Notes: generated by a model not told the origin, from the letters alone. Counted from the first letter of the whole stretch, positions 1 to 12,980 are shown. The stretch: 63,938 nt of DNA, filler included, from Choristocarpus tenellus KU-1152 (GCA_964200185.2; 4 parts of 4 records of this genome joined end to end with filler, not necessarily neighbours in it), one strand, 5' to 3'. A program made the numbers and translations.

Positions 1-131
1 AGGAGTAGGTACAGTGTGTATGTTATGAAATTGTGTGTCCGCAACATGATGGTCAAAATTACATGAAAATCGCAACATTGGATTTTGGACCCCAAATGGA
101 CGCGGCTCTATCCTCTAAGATAATTTGCCTC
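1..131 (+). mobile_element. MITE family A, partial copy (right part)
   Basis: Matches the right half of the ~260-bp repeat (AAAATCGCAACATTGGATTTTGG.CCCCAAATGGACGCGGCTCTA.CCTCTAAGATA); cut by the window start. Confidence 0.85.
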
Positions 132-763
132 TAAGTCTGCATGATTGTCGAAGAAACTTTCACTTATGATCAGGGGTGACGAACGTGGTGTTTTTGCTCT
201 TATTCCATTATCGGTATTTGCGATCGGTATTTGCCAACAAGCTGATTAATATCCACAAAACTGAAGTGTTTCGCAAGTTCCAACTTTAGTTGAAACGTAG
301 GGTCTTCCCAATGTATACTAGTTACAGAATCAAACCTCCAGCTACCTAACAGCATAACTGACTGACCTCCTCTTTGCACAAGGCGGAGATACTAAGTCAT
401 GAGTGAGCAAGAAGAGTGTTCATGTAAGATGAGTCCATGTTCCCCTTCATCAGCGATGTGCATACCAGGCTTTTCAGTCAAGACTGTGCCAAATAGGACT
501 CCTCACATCATACTGTTTCCTCTTTTCGTATATACGATCCTATGTTTGGCTTGATCCATGTTATGTCACTATTGAGATATTGGGTTTGGACTTATTGATA
601 ATTGAGTGATATTATAGTTATGTTACTCTGTTTTGACTGTCGTGGTGATACCTTGAGAGAGAGAGAGAGTCGATACATTGCCACCAATACGTGATTATGT
701 TTCGCTTATTTGGAGAGGTAGCTTACAGGTGGCGATGATGGGTGAAGTAGGCAGAGAACAATA

Positions 764-2462
764 CTACCTCTGTGCCATAAGTTTGTGCCGCGAGATATCT
801 GGCTCGTCGAGCGAGAACAGTGCCGATTCGGACGATAACCCCACAGAATGAAATCGGGTTGACAATCTCAGTTGTCAGAAAAGGTGGGGTTCGAAGATCA
901 TCACATACAAACTCGAGGTGCTTCAAGCCGTCAAAATAGGGGTATTTAGGGGTGATTTTGAGACCAGAACTGGGCACGTTGAGGGTCAGAAAGTCGGCAT
1001 GGCAGCGCCCCCGTCGACCTCCCCACGTAGAAAGGGTGCCCACGTGTCCCTGAATACCAGGGTTGCACTCGCAGTGCGGCATGCCCTTGCGATGGTCCCT
1101 GGTGAGCATAAACTGCTGTGATACGTTGGGCCGGTCCTCGCCGTGGAGTTTGGAGTGTCCGAGCGTTACATGCGAGAACTCTGGGAGGATGTCGCCGATC
1201 AGCTCACCCTTGGCCACACGCTTGACCTAGGGGTGGCGGCAGATAGTGGGCGGCCTTCGGAGCTCACACCGATCAAGATGGCCGCAATACATAGTATTCA
1301 CTCTGATAATCGATCATCCACAGTGCGTCAGATGGCCGCCAAGGAGCTGAATTATAGCACGAGCGCCACAAACAGGTTGGTTGGAGGACATGGGGGCCAT
1401 GCCGAATCGCCGCTGGATCAAACCCAAGCTGGATCAAACCCAAGCTTAAATCGTGGCAAAAGGTATGGAGTATGGACTTTGTTTGCAATCAAGTGGACCG
1501 GAAATGTGTTGTGTACGCCTCCATGACGACAAACACGATGCACATGGCTGAAACCTGGTTTTACGTGATGACTGATGGGGAAAGGATTAGGGTATTTCCG
1601 CATGAGGATGATAGTGACCTTCCAGGGTCCCCTATTGTGCAGCACAATAGTCATATCCCCAAAACCATGATCATTGCAGCCAACGCCCGCCCAGATTCGG
1701 TTCACAGCTTTGATGGGAAGCTTGATGTTTGGGGTGTGTGTACGCCAAAAACGGCAGACAGGAAAGTAAGAACCATATAAAGGGGTGTGTGAATGAGCAG
1801 GCCGGACTGTACTTTAGACCATCTGTGTTACAGGAAGTGATACACGGAAGAGTTACTGCCTGAAATCAAGACCAAGATGCCTTGGTTGCAGGGAAAGCGT
1901 TCAGCAAGACGGTGCCATCCCCCACGCAGGCAAGGGCAACTCAGAAATCTTTTCAGGGGCAGGGAAGACTGAGGGGTGGTTGAATAGGCTTGTGGCGCAG
2001 CCATCTAGCTCTCCCGACCTCAATATTATGGACCTGTGCTTCTTCAGGTCTTTGAAATGCCGGGTGATGGGGGAGCGGTTTGAGTCCGTTGGGGAGATGG
2101 CGAAGGTCATTAAGAAACAGTATGAGGAATGTGATGAAACCATACTTGAGAGGGCTTGGCAGCTCTTTTTTTGTAGTGTGAAATTAAGTACTTAGATACA
2201 AAGGGGGGAATGACTTCAGTGTAGAGCACACAGGGGTAAGGAAGAGGCAGTTGCGTGGTGAGCTTGAAAACATGCCGAAGGCAGACATGGAGGATTTTTC
2301 TGTGGCTGATAAAATTGTGAAGGACAGGAAGTAATAATAATAAAAAGAGCTGAACCTAACCAGAAATTCGTCAAGGATTCCAAATCTTCTTTCAGAAACG
2401 AACTTCATCAATATATTCAAAAGCTATGGACAACGCGGCACAGACTCATGGCACGGAGGTAG
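764..2462 (+). mobile_element. Full-length decayed Tc1/mariner element (DD39D/plant-mariner-like)
   Basis: 29-bp TIRs: CTACCTCTGTGCCATAAGTTTGTGCCGCG (764-792) vs reverse complement of 2434-2462 (3 mismatches). TA on both flanks (762-763, 2463-2464). Stowaway-like CTACCTCCGT terminus. Encloses a transposase pseudogene. Confidence 0.9.
999..2334 (+). pseudogene. Mariner-like DDD transposase pseudogene
   Basis: Motifs across frames: HTH-like EFGVSERYMRELW, SGRPS, HMAETWFY (first Asp lost), HIPKTMIIAANARP..FDGKL, QQDGAIPH, QPSSSPDLNIMDLCFFRSLK. Contains stops and frameshifts, including a 16-bp tandem duplication at 1412-1443. Confidence 0.88.
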
Positions 2463-3059
2463 TACTACTACTATTAAGATGCGCATTGGAGAGTATGCCC
2501 ATAACGTCTCATTTTTCCGTTCTACAACACTTTTTAACGTTTTCCAAGGGAGACCATGTGATGCTCCCATACCCTCTCTTCTCCCGACTTCTATCCTGGT
2601 CAAGTCTTTACTACGTCTCAAAATATCAGTCTACAGAGTGAATCTGCTGCACAAAGGCCAAAAGTATTGTAGTACGAACTACTCAACTATAAACTGCGTA
2701 CATAAACATTGGATATACATTAGACAAGGAACTGTACACGCAGATTTGGTTTCAACTAAACACTAATTCACTGAGTTAGGAGAAAGACAAGGACGTGATA
2801 TACTGGAGGGTTGCCCATTAGTTTTCACAGTTTTACTACCAAAGTCATACTCAGGAGTACTTGTTGTTACGGGGTCACATTACTTGTAATTATTATTTTT
2901 CCGTAGTGCATCCTTTCTCAGGAACCAAGGCTCTTCTTAGACCACTGTGAGAGGACAAGGTTTTTTCAGTACAAAGCCAATCTTCTGTGGAAGGTAAGTA
3001 TCAAGACTGTCGGACTAGGTGTTTACGCAAAAACGTGGCGATCTCTTTGCCTTGAGTAC

Positions 3060-3421
3060 AGTGTTGAAACATATACTACCCCCTCTGTCACTCCTAGATA
3101 CAGTTCAATACTATCAACTAATGTTGATCATTGACCTGTCCACTAGTAGTGGTTCCTTAGTGTACAATTACTGACATTGCATTACACCGATCTGCATTGT
3201 ACATTATCACAACTTACTGTTGCACTCTGCATGGTTTTAGTGTTGAAACAGAGACTGCTTCCTCCACGATTTTATAGATGCAGTTCAGTACCATTAACTA
3301 GTGTCGACCGTTGGCCTGTCCACTAGTAATGATTCTTACTTGGCAAGTATCCACATCGCATGTACACTGCCCTGCACGGTATATGATCATGACTTACCGT
3401 TGCGCTTTGGATGGTTTATAG
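3060..3421. repeat. Diverged ~180-bp tandem dimer
   Basis: Two units starting AGTGTTGAAACA (3060, 3239) share CAGTTCA, CCTGTCCACTAGTA and ATGGTTT; differences are mostly transitions. Confidence 0.75.
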
Positions 3422-4175
3422 TAAGTCTGACACACATTTGTTAGATGTTCTTCAACATACAAACTCAGTCAGGTCGTGACACACATGAGTTGACAAAGAA
3501 TTAGACTTGAGTCACCTTTAGTTTTTTCCCATAGATCAAACCCTCTTATCTCGTTTTAGCATTTTTTTATTGGAAGGTGTTGCCCCCTGTTCTGACTTCC
3601 AATTCATTCTGCAATAAGCGTACTTGGACATACAACTGGATGGGGATCTACTCAGAGTTAATACATCCACAAGCCTCTACTCAGAGCATGCATCACTACA
3701 GGACCACAACACTGAATAGTGCTGTACTGCGCAGTATCAAAATATCCTCTTCACAGAACTTGTGACAAGATGTATTGCATTGAATTCCTCCAGCGCTTCA
3801 GTGCACTAGGTCACCTCTTCGCTATAAGACTTCAAGCTTGTGCACAGAGCACTTCACCAGAACTACTGATTAATGCAATTCAAGGTTTTAGTATACAAGC
3901 ATGACATAAGATGACCGGGGACTGGTAGAATAACGAGCAATCCCTATATTTTCTATGTCTCTCTAACTCACTTGCGAAGGGATTCGCAGAATCGAGGTGA
4001 CGCTCACAATATGAAGCATGACTCACTGGATGTTTCTCTGGTTTGAGTCAGGATTCTACGAGAGATGTGGTACGATCACCTAATTGTTGTTTCGAAAGGG
4101 CGAAAATAAGCCTGTACTTGGCATAAATATTCACAAATGAATCTGTATTATTTAGAGCTCTACAGGAAGTAGAGT

Positions 4176-4556
4176 GTGAAGTACACAGAGAAACCCTCCT
4201 AACTTTGACTGTCCTTGGGGAAGCCCCACTGTCATACTTCACTTCTTTAAACGATTTTTTTTTTTTCACACGCAGGTTAGGGTATGGTTTTAGATTCTCG
4301 AAAATGAGCGCAAAAAAAGTGAAAAGTGTTGGATCCTTGAGAGGTTGTGGTTCCCCAGTGCACACTATACTTCTCCACCACTTCTTCTAGAATGTTTCCT
4401 TGCCTGGCTAGAGATATTTTTTACACACAAAAGGTAAGGTTAGGGTCAGGGTCAGGGTCAGGGTCAGGGTTAGGGTTTTTCAAAAATGCACACGAAAAAG
4501 TTATTAAATATTACAGTGGGGGTTCCCCAATACAGAGGATTCCCCCTGTGCACTAC
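4176..4556. mobile_element. Degenerate foldback/MITE-like element with internal telomere-like islands
   Basis: TTGGGGAAGCCCCACTGT (~4215) is inverted as ACAGTGGGGGTTCCCCAA (~4513). Outer arms TGAAGTACACAG / CTGTGCACTACA. Two internal direct modules. Confidence 0.45.
4440..4475 (+). repeat. Interstitial telomere-like array TTAGGG(TCAGGG)4TTAGGG
   Basis: Read directly from the sequence. Confidence 0.9.
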
Positions 4557-7500
4557 AGAGTGTCTGACAACAGCACGGGACAAATGCCTCTTCACGTTCC
4601 TCACATGCAGCACAAAGATCTGACCTTCTGTCAGGTCTATCAGCAGGAGCACTGACGAACGTGCCTTCAATATAAACTCGTCTACCATACCTGAAGTGAC
4701 ATAGCCAACTTCAAATCCGGCTGGTTACTTAACTCCTCGACAAGAGGGGTTAGCAATTTGTATGACGCATGAACTGTCATTGTGTGAGTTTTGTAACAAC
4801 TTTCACGGGAGTCAATTTTCCTGAAAGGGGTGGTACAAAGTGACGATGGAAAGTAGGAACTGGTACTGAGACAGTAGTACCAAAGGGTAAAATTATGGTC
4901 AAGAGTGGGACAACATTGTTGTGTGTATCACGTGATGCGGACAAAGGTGTCTCAACACACGCAATTAGGGTCTAGGGTATGGGTGCTATGCGATGGGTGG
5001 TTTGTACAATACCATCTTTTTTGTTAATGACATCTTCTCACTCTCCCAATGAAGAACTGCCCCCAGTGCAAATCACGTTGTTGTCATGTACCCTGTAAGA
5101 ACTAATCTACACTTATACTTGAGACCACAACGACTTGCTGTGTAAATACTGACATTGGATCGCCTTGAAGTTTAAATTGAATTAATTCTCTTAGAAAAAA
5201 GTACACCCATAATCTACACGAGAAGGAGTTCGAGCTTCTATAGGGATCTAGCGGACAGGAGATGTGCATACAGTGGGATGTGTGTCAACGTGTAGATGGC
5301 TGACGACAGCATAATTGATGGCAATTGTGATTCCCGAGAGAAGATCGTTATCGGTTGTTGACAGAACCGGCTATACAGCAGACAAGTCTTGGCGACAAGC
5401 ATCAGATGTGGAATGCTTGATGCGTCAAAAGACAGGATAATTGGATGGTGGAGCATATGCCAGACTCATCACCAAGAAACAAGATAGGCTGGGATCAGTT
5501 ATTTCTTGTCAGCTTTTCAGGTTATGTGCGTCATCAGATATCCCAAGATCCGACCATTCCACCCCACCACATCACAAAGTTACACATCACAGAATATAGG
5601 CATATCTGACAGGAACACGTACTATGTGGAGCCTTCTCACTGGATGGTTGCAAATACAAACGTTGATTGACTTGGCAAGTTGACATGACCTGTTGTGTTT
5701 TAGGAGGGCATTGTTTTTGTGATGATATGGAGATGAGATACACGAAACTTTGAGAAATCGGAAGGGAAAGTATGATCTTACAAACAAAGACGTAGGGTGA
5801 CGGCTACTTTGGCCTTTGACTTGTCAATATTGAGGTTTGCCTTGCCTGATGTCCTTGGTCGCTATTTCGATATATTGTAGTGGTGCATATCTGAATATTT
5901 TCAATGTTGATAGTTGGTTACCAATATGCCCTGAAAACAATAACAATTTCTGCCGCCTTGTGACTCTGAGGCTTACATTCTTATAGTTTGCAGACTTATG
6001 GTTGATTCTTCACCCCGGGGTCTGGTATTGGTGTAGATGTTTGGCTTGATGGAGTGGATCACACCACACATGTAGAATGTAAAATATACAGTGGGGTTTC
6101 CATTAACATAGGGATGTTCTTCAAGCGGTTGAGACTCTCAGCAAAACATCCTTGTCTGCATGTTGAGCGGTTGAATATCTTGACTGCGACCTGCTCAGCT
6201 GAAATTTTAGAATACAAACTCAACATTTGATCTCGTGGAACCAATGTCTCTAATAATGGACAACACAACATAACATTCCGAACGATGATATTATTCAATA
6301 TATGGACAGTTCATTCAACTCCCTTCAATTTAGTTTGTGGATTGTGAGGGTTCTGCGACACCTATCATCCTGCTACTACCACATCTGTTCCACTGTTTAT
6401 CACACGTTCTCAAGATCAGAGACTTGAGCATGGTTGCGGAGAACAAAATGCTTTGCCCCCTATACAGTGGCAAATCCATCGGACCAACATCTCTGCACAG
6501 TGATAACTTCCTTGTACGCAACCAGTCTGTTGTCATACTCGCCCATTATAGAGTTGAACCCCCAAACGGTAGATGTGATGGTACTAAAGAGTAGACAAAC
6601 TTCTACTGTAATACCGGCATTGCTCCAGAATCACCTGATAAGCTGACACAAGAGAAAAAACAACGTATGAGACGATGGTGGGCTTGGAAACGGAAAAGGG
6701 GATGTGGGACACCCATCAGAAGGCTGCAAGTTTATAATTTAATTAACAGGTGAGACAGTTTCTATGTTTTCCTTTTTCCTTTTATTTATTTGTTTCGTTT
6801 TTTGGTACTCTTCTTCACATGGCCTTGTGCATGTTCTAGTTGTGTTCTCTTGTTCATTTCAAACATCACTCCTATCCTTGCCTTCAAACGTGAGTTCCAT
6901 AGACTCACTCTTCATCATTACACACATACTACTCAGTGCTCCCTTCTCAACAGGTTTGCCTCCATTAGGGACATAGTCATGTTGAATAACAGTGCAACTA
7001 AGTGGGCTGTGGATGCGACCCTTCTGCACCACAGGAGGATGGAGGGATTTGGCACCAAGGCGGCAGATGAGGAGTATATGGAAAAGTGTCTAAATCGGTG
7101 CTTTACCCAAGCTTGGACAAATTCTCTCTTCCAGGTCATTTCACACTTTGATAGTTATTCACTGATTTACACTTGCAGTGTGGGATGTTTTTCGTCTCTT
7201 CTACAATTGAGGAATAATTATTCATACATGAAAAGCGCTTGCTTATAGACTGGACTTGCATCTGAGATAGATAGTTGTGCAACACATCAGCTTTTCATCG
7301 TTCATGTACCTGGAAGTATATACCTACATACGTACCCTCCCACGTGAGGAGAAACATTTGTACTTCAATAACGCTATGCTCTCTCATGAACTTTGTTTTT
7401 CACACACTGTTGTTGTGAACTACTTTCAACGAATGTTCCCTCAACCGTTCCTGTTCATGACTCTCTCTGTCTATCCCTCTTGTGCAGGATCCTGTGGAAA

Positions 7501-8202
7501 GCTGGGTAAGGGTTGGTCAGCTACACAGGCTGGCGATAATTCCAGAGCACAACATGCTCCCTTCTATTGCTGATCGCTGAAGGGTTTGGACGTGGACTCA
7601 GTCTTTAAAGCCTTGGCTGACAGCTGCAACTTGGAAGTTGTGGGGAATACCGGCAAAGATGGCTTGCCAGTATGTACATGTTCAGTCATCATCTTTCACC
7701 ACACATGTAACCCACCACAGATGCAGGGACTACACATGTCCTTCATTAATCTGTAGAGTATGCACTCATTGTTATCACCAATAGTGCAGCACACTCCGCA
7801 ATTACAGGGACCCTTGTCCTCTGTTCCTCCTGACATCTTTTTCACTACCCACTTCACTCGTACTTGTCTTCCATCCAATCCGCAGATCTGCAATGATGTC
7901 GATGTAATGGAGTTGGTACTGTGCATCAGCGCAGAGAAGGAGGCATCATAGAGTACAATGTTACTTTCGTAGGTCACATTCCATATCCTTGACAGCCCAC
8001 AGCATGCCAGGAAGTACATGAAGGACCACAACATCCTCATGTCCAGGTTGATTCAGGTACAGGGCAACACAAAGCTTAATTCCAAGGCCATAGCAGGAAA
8101 GACCTATGGAACCAGAGGTGCATCGTAGATGGACATTAACAAGTGCTGTCCTGTGGACAAAGTAGTTGTAGCTGGTGAAGATGATGAACTGGACCCGATC
8201 GT

Positions 8203-8458
8203 GAGTGAAAGTATTTTAGAGGGTACGAGTTTCGCCCTGTTTGTCCATTTAGGGCTTGGATTCCCTTGGGTTTTTATGACATTTTCCGACTTCAAAATAT
8301 TTAGGAGTAGGTAAAATGTGTATTTTATGAAAGGTGTATCCGAAACAAGGATATTGGCACTTCCTAACAAACACAATAGCCAAAATTACATCCAAATCGC
8401 AACATTGGATTTTTGCCCCCAAATGGACACGGCTCTACCCTCTAAGATTCTTTGGCTC
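8203..8458 (+). mobile_element. MITE family A copy
   Basis: GAGTGAAAGTATTTTAGAGGGTAC ... CTACCCTCTAAGATTCTTTGGCTC; TSD TCGT is recovered once the adjacent copy is removed. Confidence 0.9.
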
Positions 8459-8459
8459 T

Positions 8460-8717
8460 GAGTGAAAGTATCTTAGAGGGTACGATATTTGCCCTGTTTG
8501 TCCATTTGGGGCTTGACTTCCCCTGGTGTTTTCATGATATTTTACCTACTCCGAAACATTTCGGAGTAGGTAAAATATGTATGTTATGAAAAGGTGTGTC
8601 CAGAACATGGATATTGACACTTCCTAACAAACACAACAGTTAAAATTATGTCAAAATCGCAATATCAGATTTGATCCCCAAATGAACACGGCTCTACCCT
8701 CTAAGATACTTTGGCTC
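8460..8717 (+). mobile_element. MITE family A copy inserted at the end of the previous copy
   Basis: Intact TIRs; flanked by TCT/TCT; perfect internal 20-bp palindrome at 8537-8578. Confidence 0.9.
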
Positions 8718-9695
8718 TCTCGTGGATGTCGACAAAGTCCCCAAGCAAACATCTTTTTTGAGGGGGAAAACACAGTTGGAGGGGAAGAAGATGTGGCTCC
8801 AAGCCAGTCAGGACAGTTCATGGCTCATCCATGCTGTTTTCACGAATGATGTTGTAACTGTGTGTGGAGTGAATGGAAATAGTCATGGGGGGTCACATAA
8901 TTGTAGGCTGCAGGGCCTGTTTCGAGAATGCTTCCGACAAGGAGGTTGAGAGTGACGCCCAGAGCATGGACTCGTCAGGTGTAGGGGAGAAAGTGGTGAC
9001 TGCATCTGTGATCGTAGAAGGACAGGGTGGGGTCACCACTCCCATGGATGTCAATGGTGATGAATGAACTCACAGCGCAACATATATATACAGAGTAGCA
9101 AGAAGTCAAATGTTGCTTAACTGTTAATATATTATGGTATGCTCTGGTCCATGCTTGCTGGATATACAACAACGTTTCGTGATATTATGATATGCATGAT
9201 TATATTGTTATGTTTTTGTTGGGCGACCCACAGGTTCGGAATTGAGGTTCGGGTTTGGGTTAGGATTATGTGTTCTGACCAATCTTTGACTTTCCAACAT
9301 GTGTCTTGGAGGGGATCTTCGTGGGTGGGTTACTAGTAGCACTGATGCTAGTCAAGGATGTTCATTATATTGTATAGTTGCTTTTCTTGCACCCGTGGAT
9401 AAAGTACTTAAAATATTATACTATAATCATATTATCCTTGGAAGACACACTATCTTAAACCGTTCTTCTTTCATTCCAGCACTGTGTCTATTCCTCGTTA
9501 CTTCTCCATGTTTCTGCACTTGCACTTGCTCTTCTCAACAAGGTCGCTGCGAATTAAACTGTCTGATCACCACTCTTGCCATTCTTGTAAGTACGGGAAT
9601 GGATAGTGCTTCTCATTATTCACTTGTACCGAGTGATGGTGGCAGTAGTTGTCATTAACAGTGAGTTGTGGTGGTTGTTCGTTTTACATAATACA

Positions 9696-9954
9696 GAACC
9701 AAAAGCACTTAAGAGGGTAGAAGCTTTGCCCTGTTTGTCCGTTCGGGGCTTGACTTTCTACAGTTTTTTTTAACCCTTTTTCGGTTTTCGAAACATTTCG
9801 GAGTAGGTGAAAATTATATGAGTACAAAAGGTGTGTCCGAAGCAAGGATATTGACACTTGCTAACAAACATGTAGCCAAAATTACATCAAAATCACAACA
9901 TTGGATTTTCGACCCCAAACGGATGGGACTCTACCCTCTAAAATACTTTGACTT
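9696..9954 (+). mobile_element. MITE family A, diverged copy
   Basis: Same internal sequence (GCCCTGTTTGTCC...AAAATTACATCAAAATCACAACATTGG) with degenerate TIRs. Confidence 0.8.
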
Positions 9955-9965
9955 ACCTTACAATT

Positions 9966-10223
9966 GAGTGAAAGTATCTTAGAGGGTACGAGTTTTGCCC
10001 TGTTTGTCCATTTGAGGCTTTGCTTCCCTTGTTTTTTTTAATGCCATTTTCCTACTCCGAAATATTTTGGGAGTGCGTAAAATGTATGTTATGAAAACGT
10101 GTGTCCGAAACAAGGATACTGACCCTTCCTGACAAACAGGATGGCCAAAATTTCATCAAAATCGCAACATTGGATTTTGGCCCCCAAATTGACGCGCCCC
10201 TACCCTCTAAGATACTTTGGCTC
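9966..10223 (+). mobile_element. MITE family A copy
   Basis: Intact TIRs; 4-bp TSD AATT. Confidence 0.92.
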
Positions 10224-10983
10224 AATTACCCATCATGGTAGTAGTACTAGAGGTGTGTTGTTATGATAGCTCCAACCACAGTAAGCAGCAGCAGTGCTGA
10301 TATTTTTGGTTGAGTAGTTCTATAGTCCTTGTAGCAGTTCCTACCATCATTGTATTGCTGCTGGTAGTACACCAATTCAATACATCACCTAATCTCTGGT
10401 AAGCAGGGTATTGAAGAACTCTAAGCCATAATCATTTCCAGTTCCCTCCTAGACATAGACCATACTGTTAACGATGGTTCCATATCATCAGGCGTTTTGT
10501 AAATTGGTGGTTACGGAATGCTACACTGAAGAGTAGAATCTATGGTGGTTCACACACCTATACAGATTGAGGGGACGGGTGGACAGCACGGTGAGAGATG
10601 TGTATGGAGTTGGAGGACAATCAGGAGCGCTAGTAGGTTCAATCTGTACCCAAGTGCTGCAGACGACAGTTGTGGCTTCCACACTCTGTTAAGTGCATTT
10701 CAAGAATGACAAGGTGATACATAGTGATCATGCATCTTGACGCACACTTCCTCCATTCAGAATTAAATGTAACATAACTTTTGCAAGCTCTGTTCTCGCC
10801 CGGGAACGAACCAAGCGATAAACTGTCTGGATGAGGCTTAGTTCTCATATAGACTGGGAGACATGCAAAGTTTGAGATAACGGGCTGTCATGACTGTGAA
10901 GGATTGCCAGTGCAAAGTCAACCAAGTTGCATTTAATGGGGTTCAAAAATCTCGTGAAACTGTCAAAGCGAGTGTTTCTTGTG

Positions 10984-12140
10984 ATGCCTAAGGTGAAGGC
11001 CCCCTGTTGTTCGAGCAGCCTGCTCATCCTTTCATTGCCCGTTGGTCCCAATTCTTCGACCCGGAAGTCTGTCTGGGGTCCAGACTCAAACACCCTGACG
11101 AAGAACAGTGTGGTGGCGTGATACCTGGAGGCGATAGGGTGCGAGACTTGGATGCCTCAGGGGACGGCAGCCGCCATTATAGAGGACATCGGAATTTCCC
11201 GAATCATTGTGTTCCGTCATCTATCTGAAGGAGTATGGCAGTCAGATCGCATGGGGTGAATGCATGGACCTTGCACGTGTTGGATGGGGTGGTGTGGCCG
11301 TTGTGCAAGTATCATTGACGTTTGGGATGTCCCATCGGTACATTGCACATCCTTCCGAAAACGGGTGACCAAAGCTGGGGTCTCCCTTGCCTTGTTATGG
11401 GATCTGTGCAAGCACAAGAAGGTGAACCAATGGATTTAGCCAGTCTTCTCAGACCAGCAGAAAGTCAACAGGGTAGGTTTTGTTGTCATCCACAAGCACA
11501 GGAGGGGGGGAAATGGGGTACTCATGGACAAGAAGTGGTTTTACATCCTCAAAAATGGGCAAGGTTTGTACCTGCACCCCACACGGCACAGAATAAGTGT
11601 TACATATGAAGGTTATGTTGCTTGCAGCTGCGGCCCAACCTAGGAAACTCTCAGTGGGGTGTGGTTTGATGGGAAAATCGGGACTGACCAATTGCAGACA
11701 CTAAGGTCGCCCAGCATTCCAGCAAACACCACCCCAAGGGCACCAAGGTACTTGAGCCAGACATGGTGAACGGGGAAAGGTATAAGAACGTCATGATTGA
11801 GGATATCATCCCACCAATCAAGGCCTGCATGCCTGGGTTGGAAGGACACACCATCTTTGTGCAGCACGGCGGGGCAAAGTCACACACCAGGGGGTGATAC
11901 TCATTGTCATAGAGACCCACCCAGCCAACTCATCTGACCTCAACATCGACCTGAGATCTATTATTCCATCCAGCAACTGAAGAAGACATAGGGGTGAGCA
12001 ACACAAAGGAACTGGTGGAGGCCACAATGGAAGCATTTGATGCGTACCTCGGGGACCCACTAGAGCGCGTCTGGCAGAGCCTCTTCGCAGTCTATGGTGA
12101 AGTGCTGGGGTCCAAGGGTGACAACATCTTCAAAACTAGC
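10984..12140 (+). pseudogene. Second, heavily decayed DD39D-like mariner transposase relic
   Basis: Fragments across frames: MDKKWFYILKNG, KVMLLAAAAQPRK, VWFDGKIG, VNGERYKNVMIEDIIPPIKACMP, IFVQHGGAKSH, HPANSSDLNID. No TIRs recognised. Confidence 0.75.
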
Positions 12141-12183
12141 TCATCATGCATACACATCTACAATAGATGATGGGCATACCTCA

Positions 12184-12423
12184 GAGTCAAAGTAAATGAG
12201 AGGTATCCAGGTTGCTTATTAAGGATGTGCTGACAAATATGTGCAAAATTCAACTTTTTATACAAATACGTGTAGGGAATTTTCTGAATTCAGTCCAAGT
12301 TCTTAAAACAGTAGAGAAATCAAGGGTCTCAAATCCATCTTAGTACTTCATCCATAGAAGATGAAAAAAGTGACTTAAAATGAAAAACGACCAAAACCTG
12401 GGTACCTCTTGTTACTTTGGCTC
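12184..12423 (+). mobile_element. MITE family B copy
   Basis: TIRs GAGTCAAAGTAAATGAGAGGTATCCAGG / CCTGGGTACCTCTTGTTACTTTGGCTC; flanked by TCA/TCA; homologous to 40677-40933. Confidence 0.8.
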
Positions 12424-12980
12424 TCACTTGAGGCACAGGAGCCTAGCAATTACTGTTGTGGTGTCTGTGCCAAGGTCAAAGGGGAAAGATAAGTTCAACT
12501 AAGAGGCTACAGTGTTTGGAATACTGTGAATATCCTCGCATGCAATGGTTTCCTGTAATAATATGAGGGGTGAGAAATACTTGCATTGGGGGATTCAGCC
12601 TGACCTTACTTTATCTAGCAGAAAGGAACAATGGTGGCACATTGTTGCATTTTTTTCCAAGAGGTTGGTCAGGATATCACTCAATTGAAAACATATTGAT
12701 TGGACGTCACGACCAAAGTCCTACCCACAAAATCTTCTAATGTTCCCAAGGGAAGTTTATATCCCCTCAGTGATCACAAGATATCCTCCCAAAGTCATGC
12801 CTAGGAAATATAACAAGAGTACGGTCAGAATGAGGGGCAAGGTACTACAAACAATACTTGGACCAATAGCTTGTATGTCATGTCCAGCCAGCAGGATGAA
12901 TTTACCATCAATTTCCTCTCAAGATCTACCGCCACAATTTCAAGAAAAAAGAATCCCACTGGAGATCAGCTTCTTCACAT

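Noticed and set aside
723-1217. 164-aa minus-strand ORF
   Set aside because: Antisense shadow of the mariner element.
10984-12423. Mariner relic apparently ending in the GGCTC terminus (candidate autonomous partner of the MITEs)
   Set aside because: The terminus belongs to a separate family B MITE (12184-12423) with its own left TIR.
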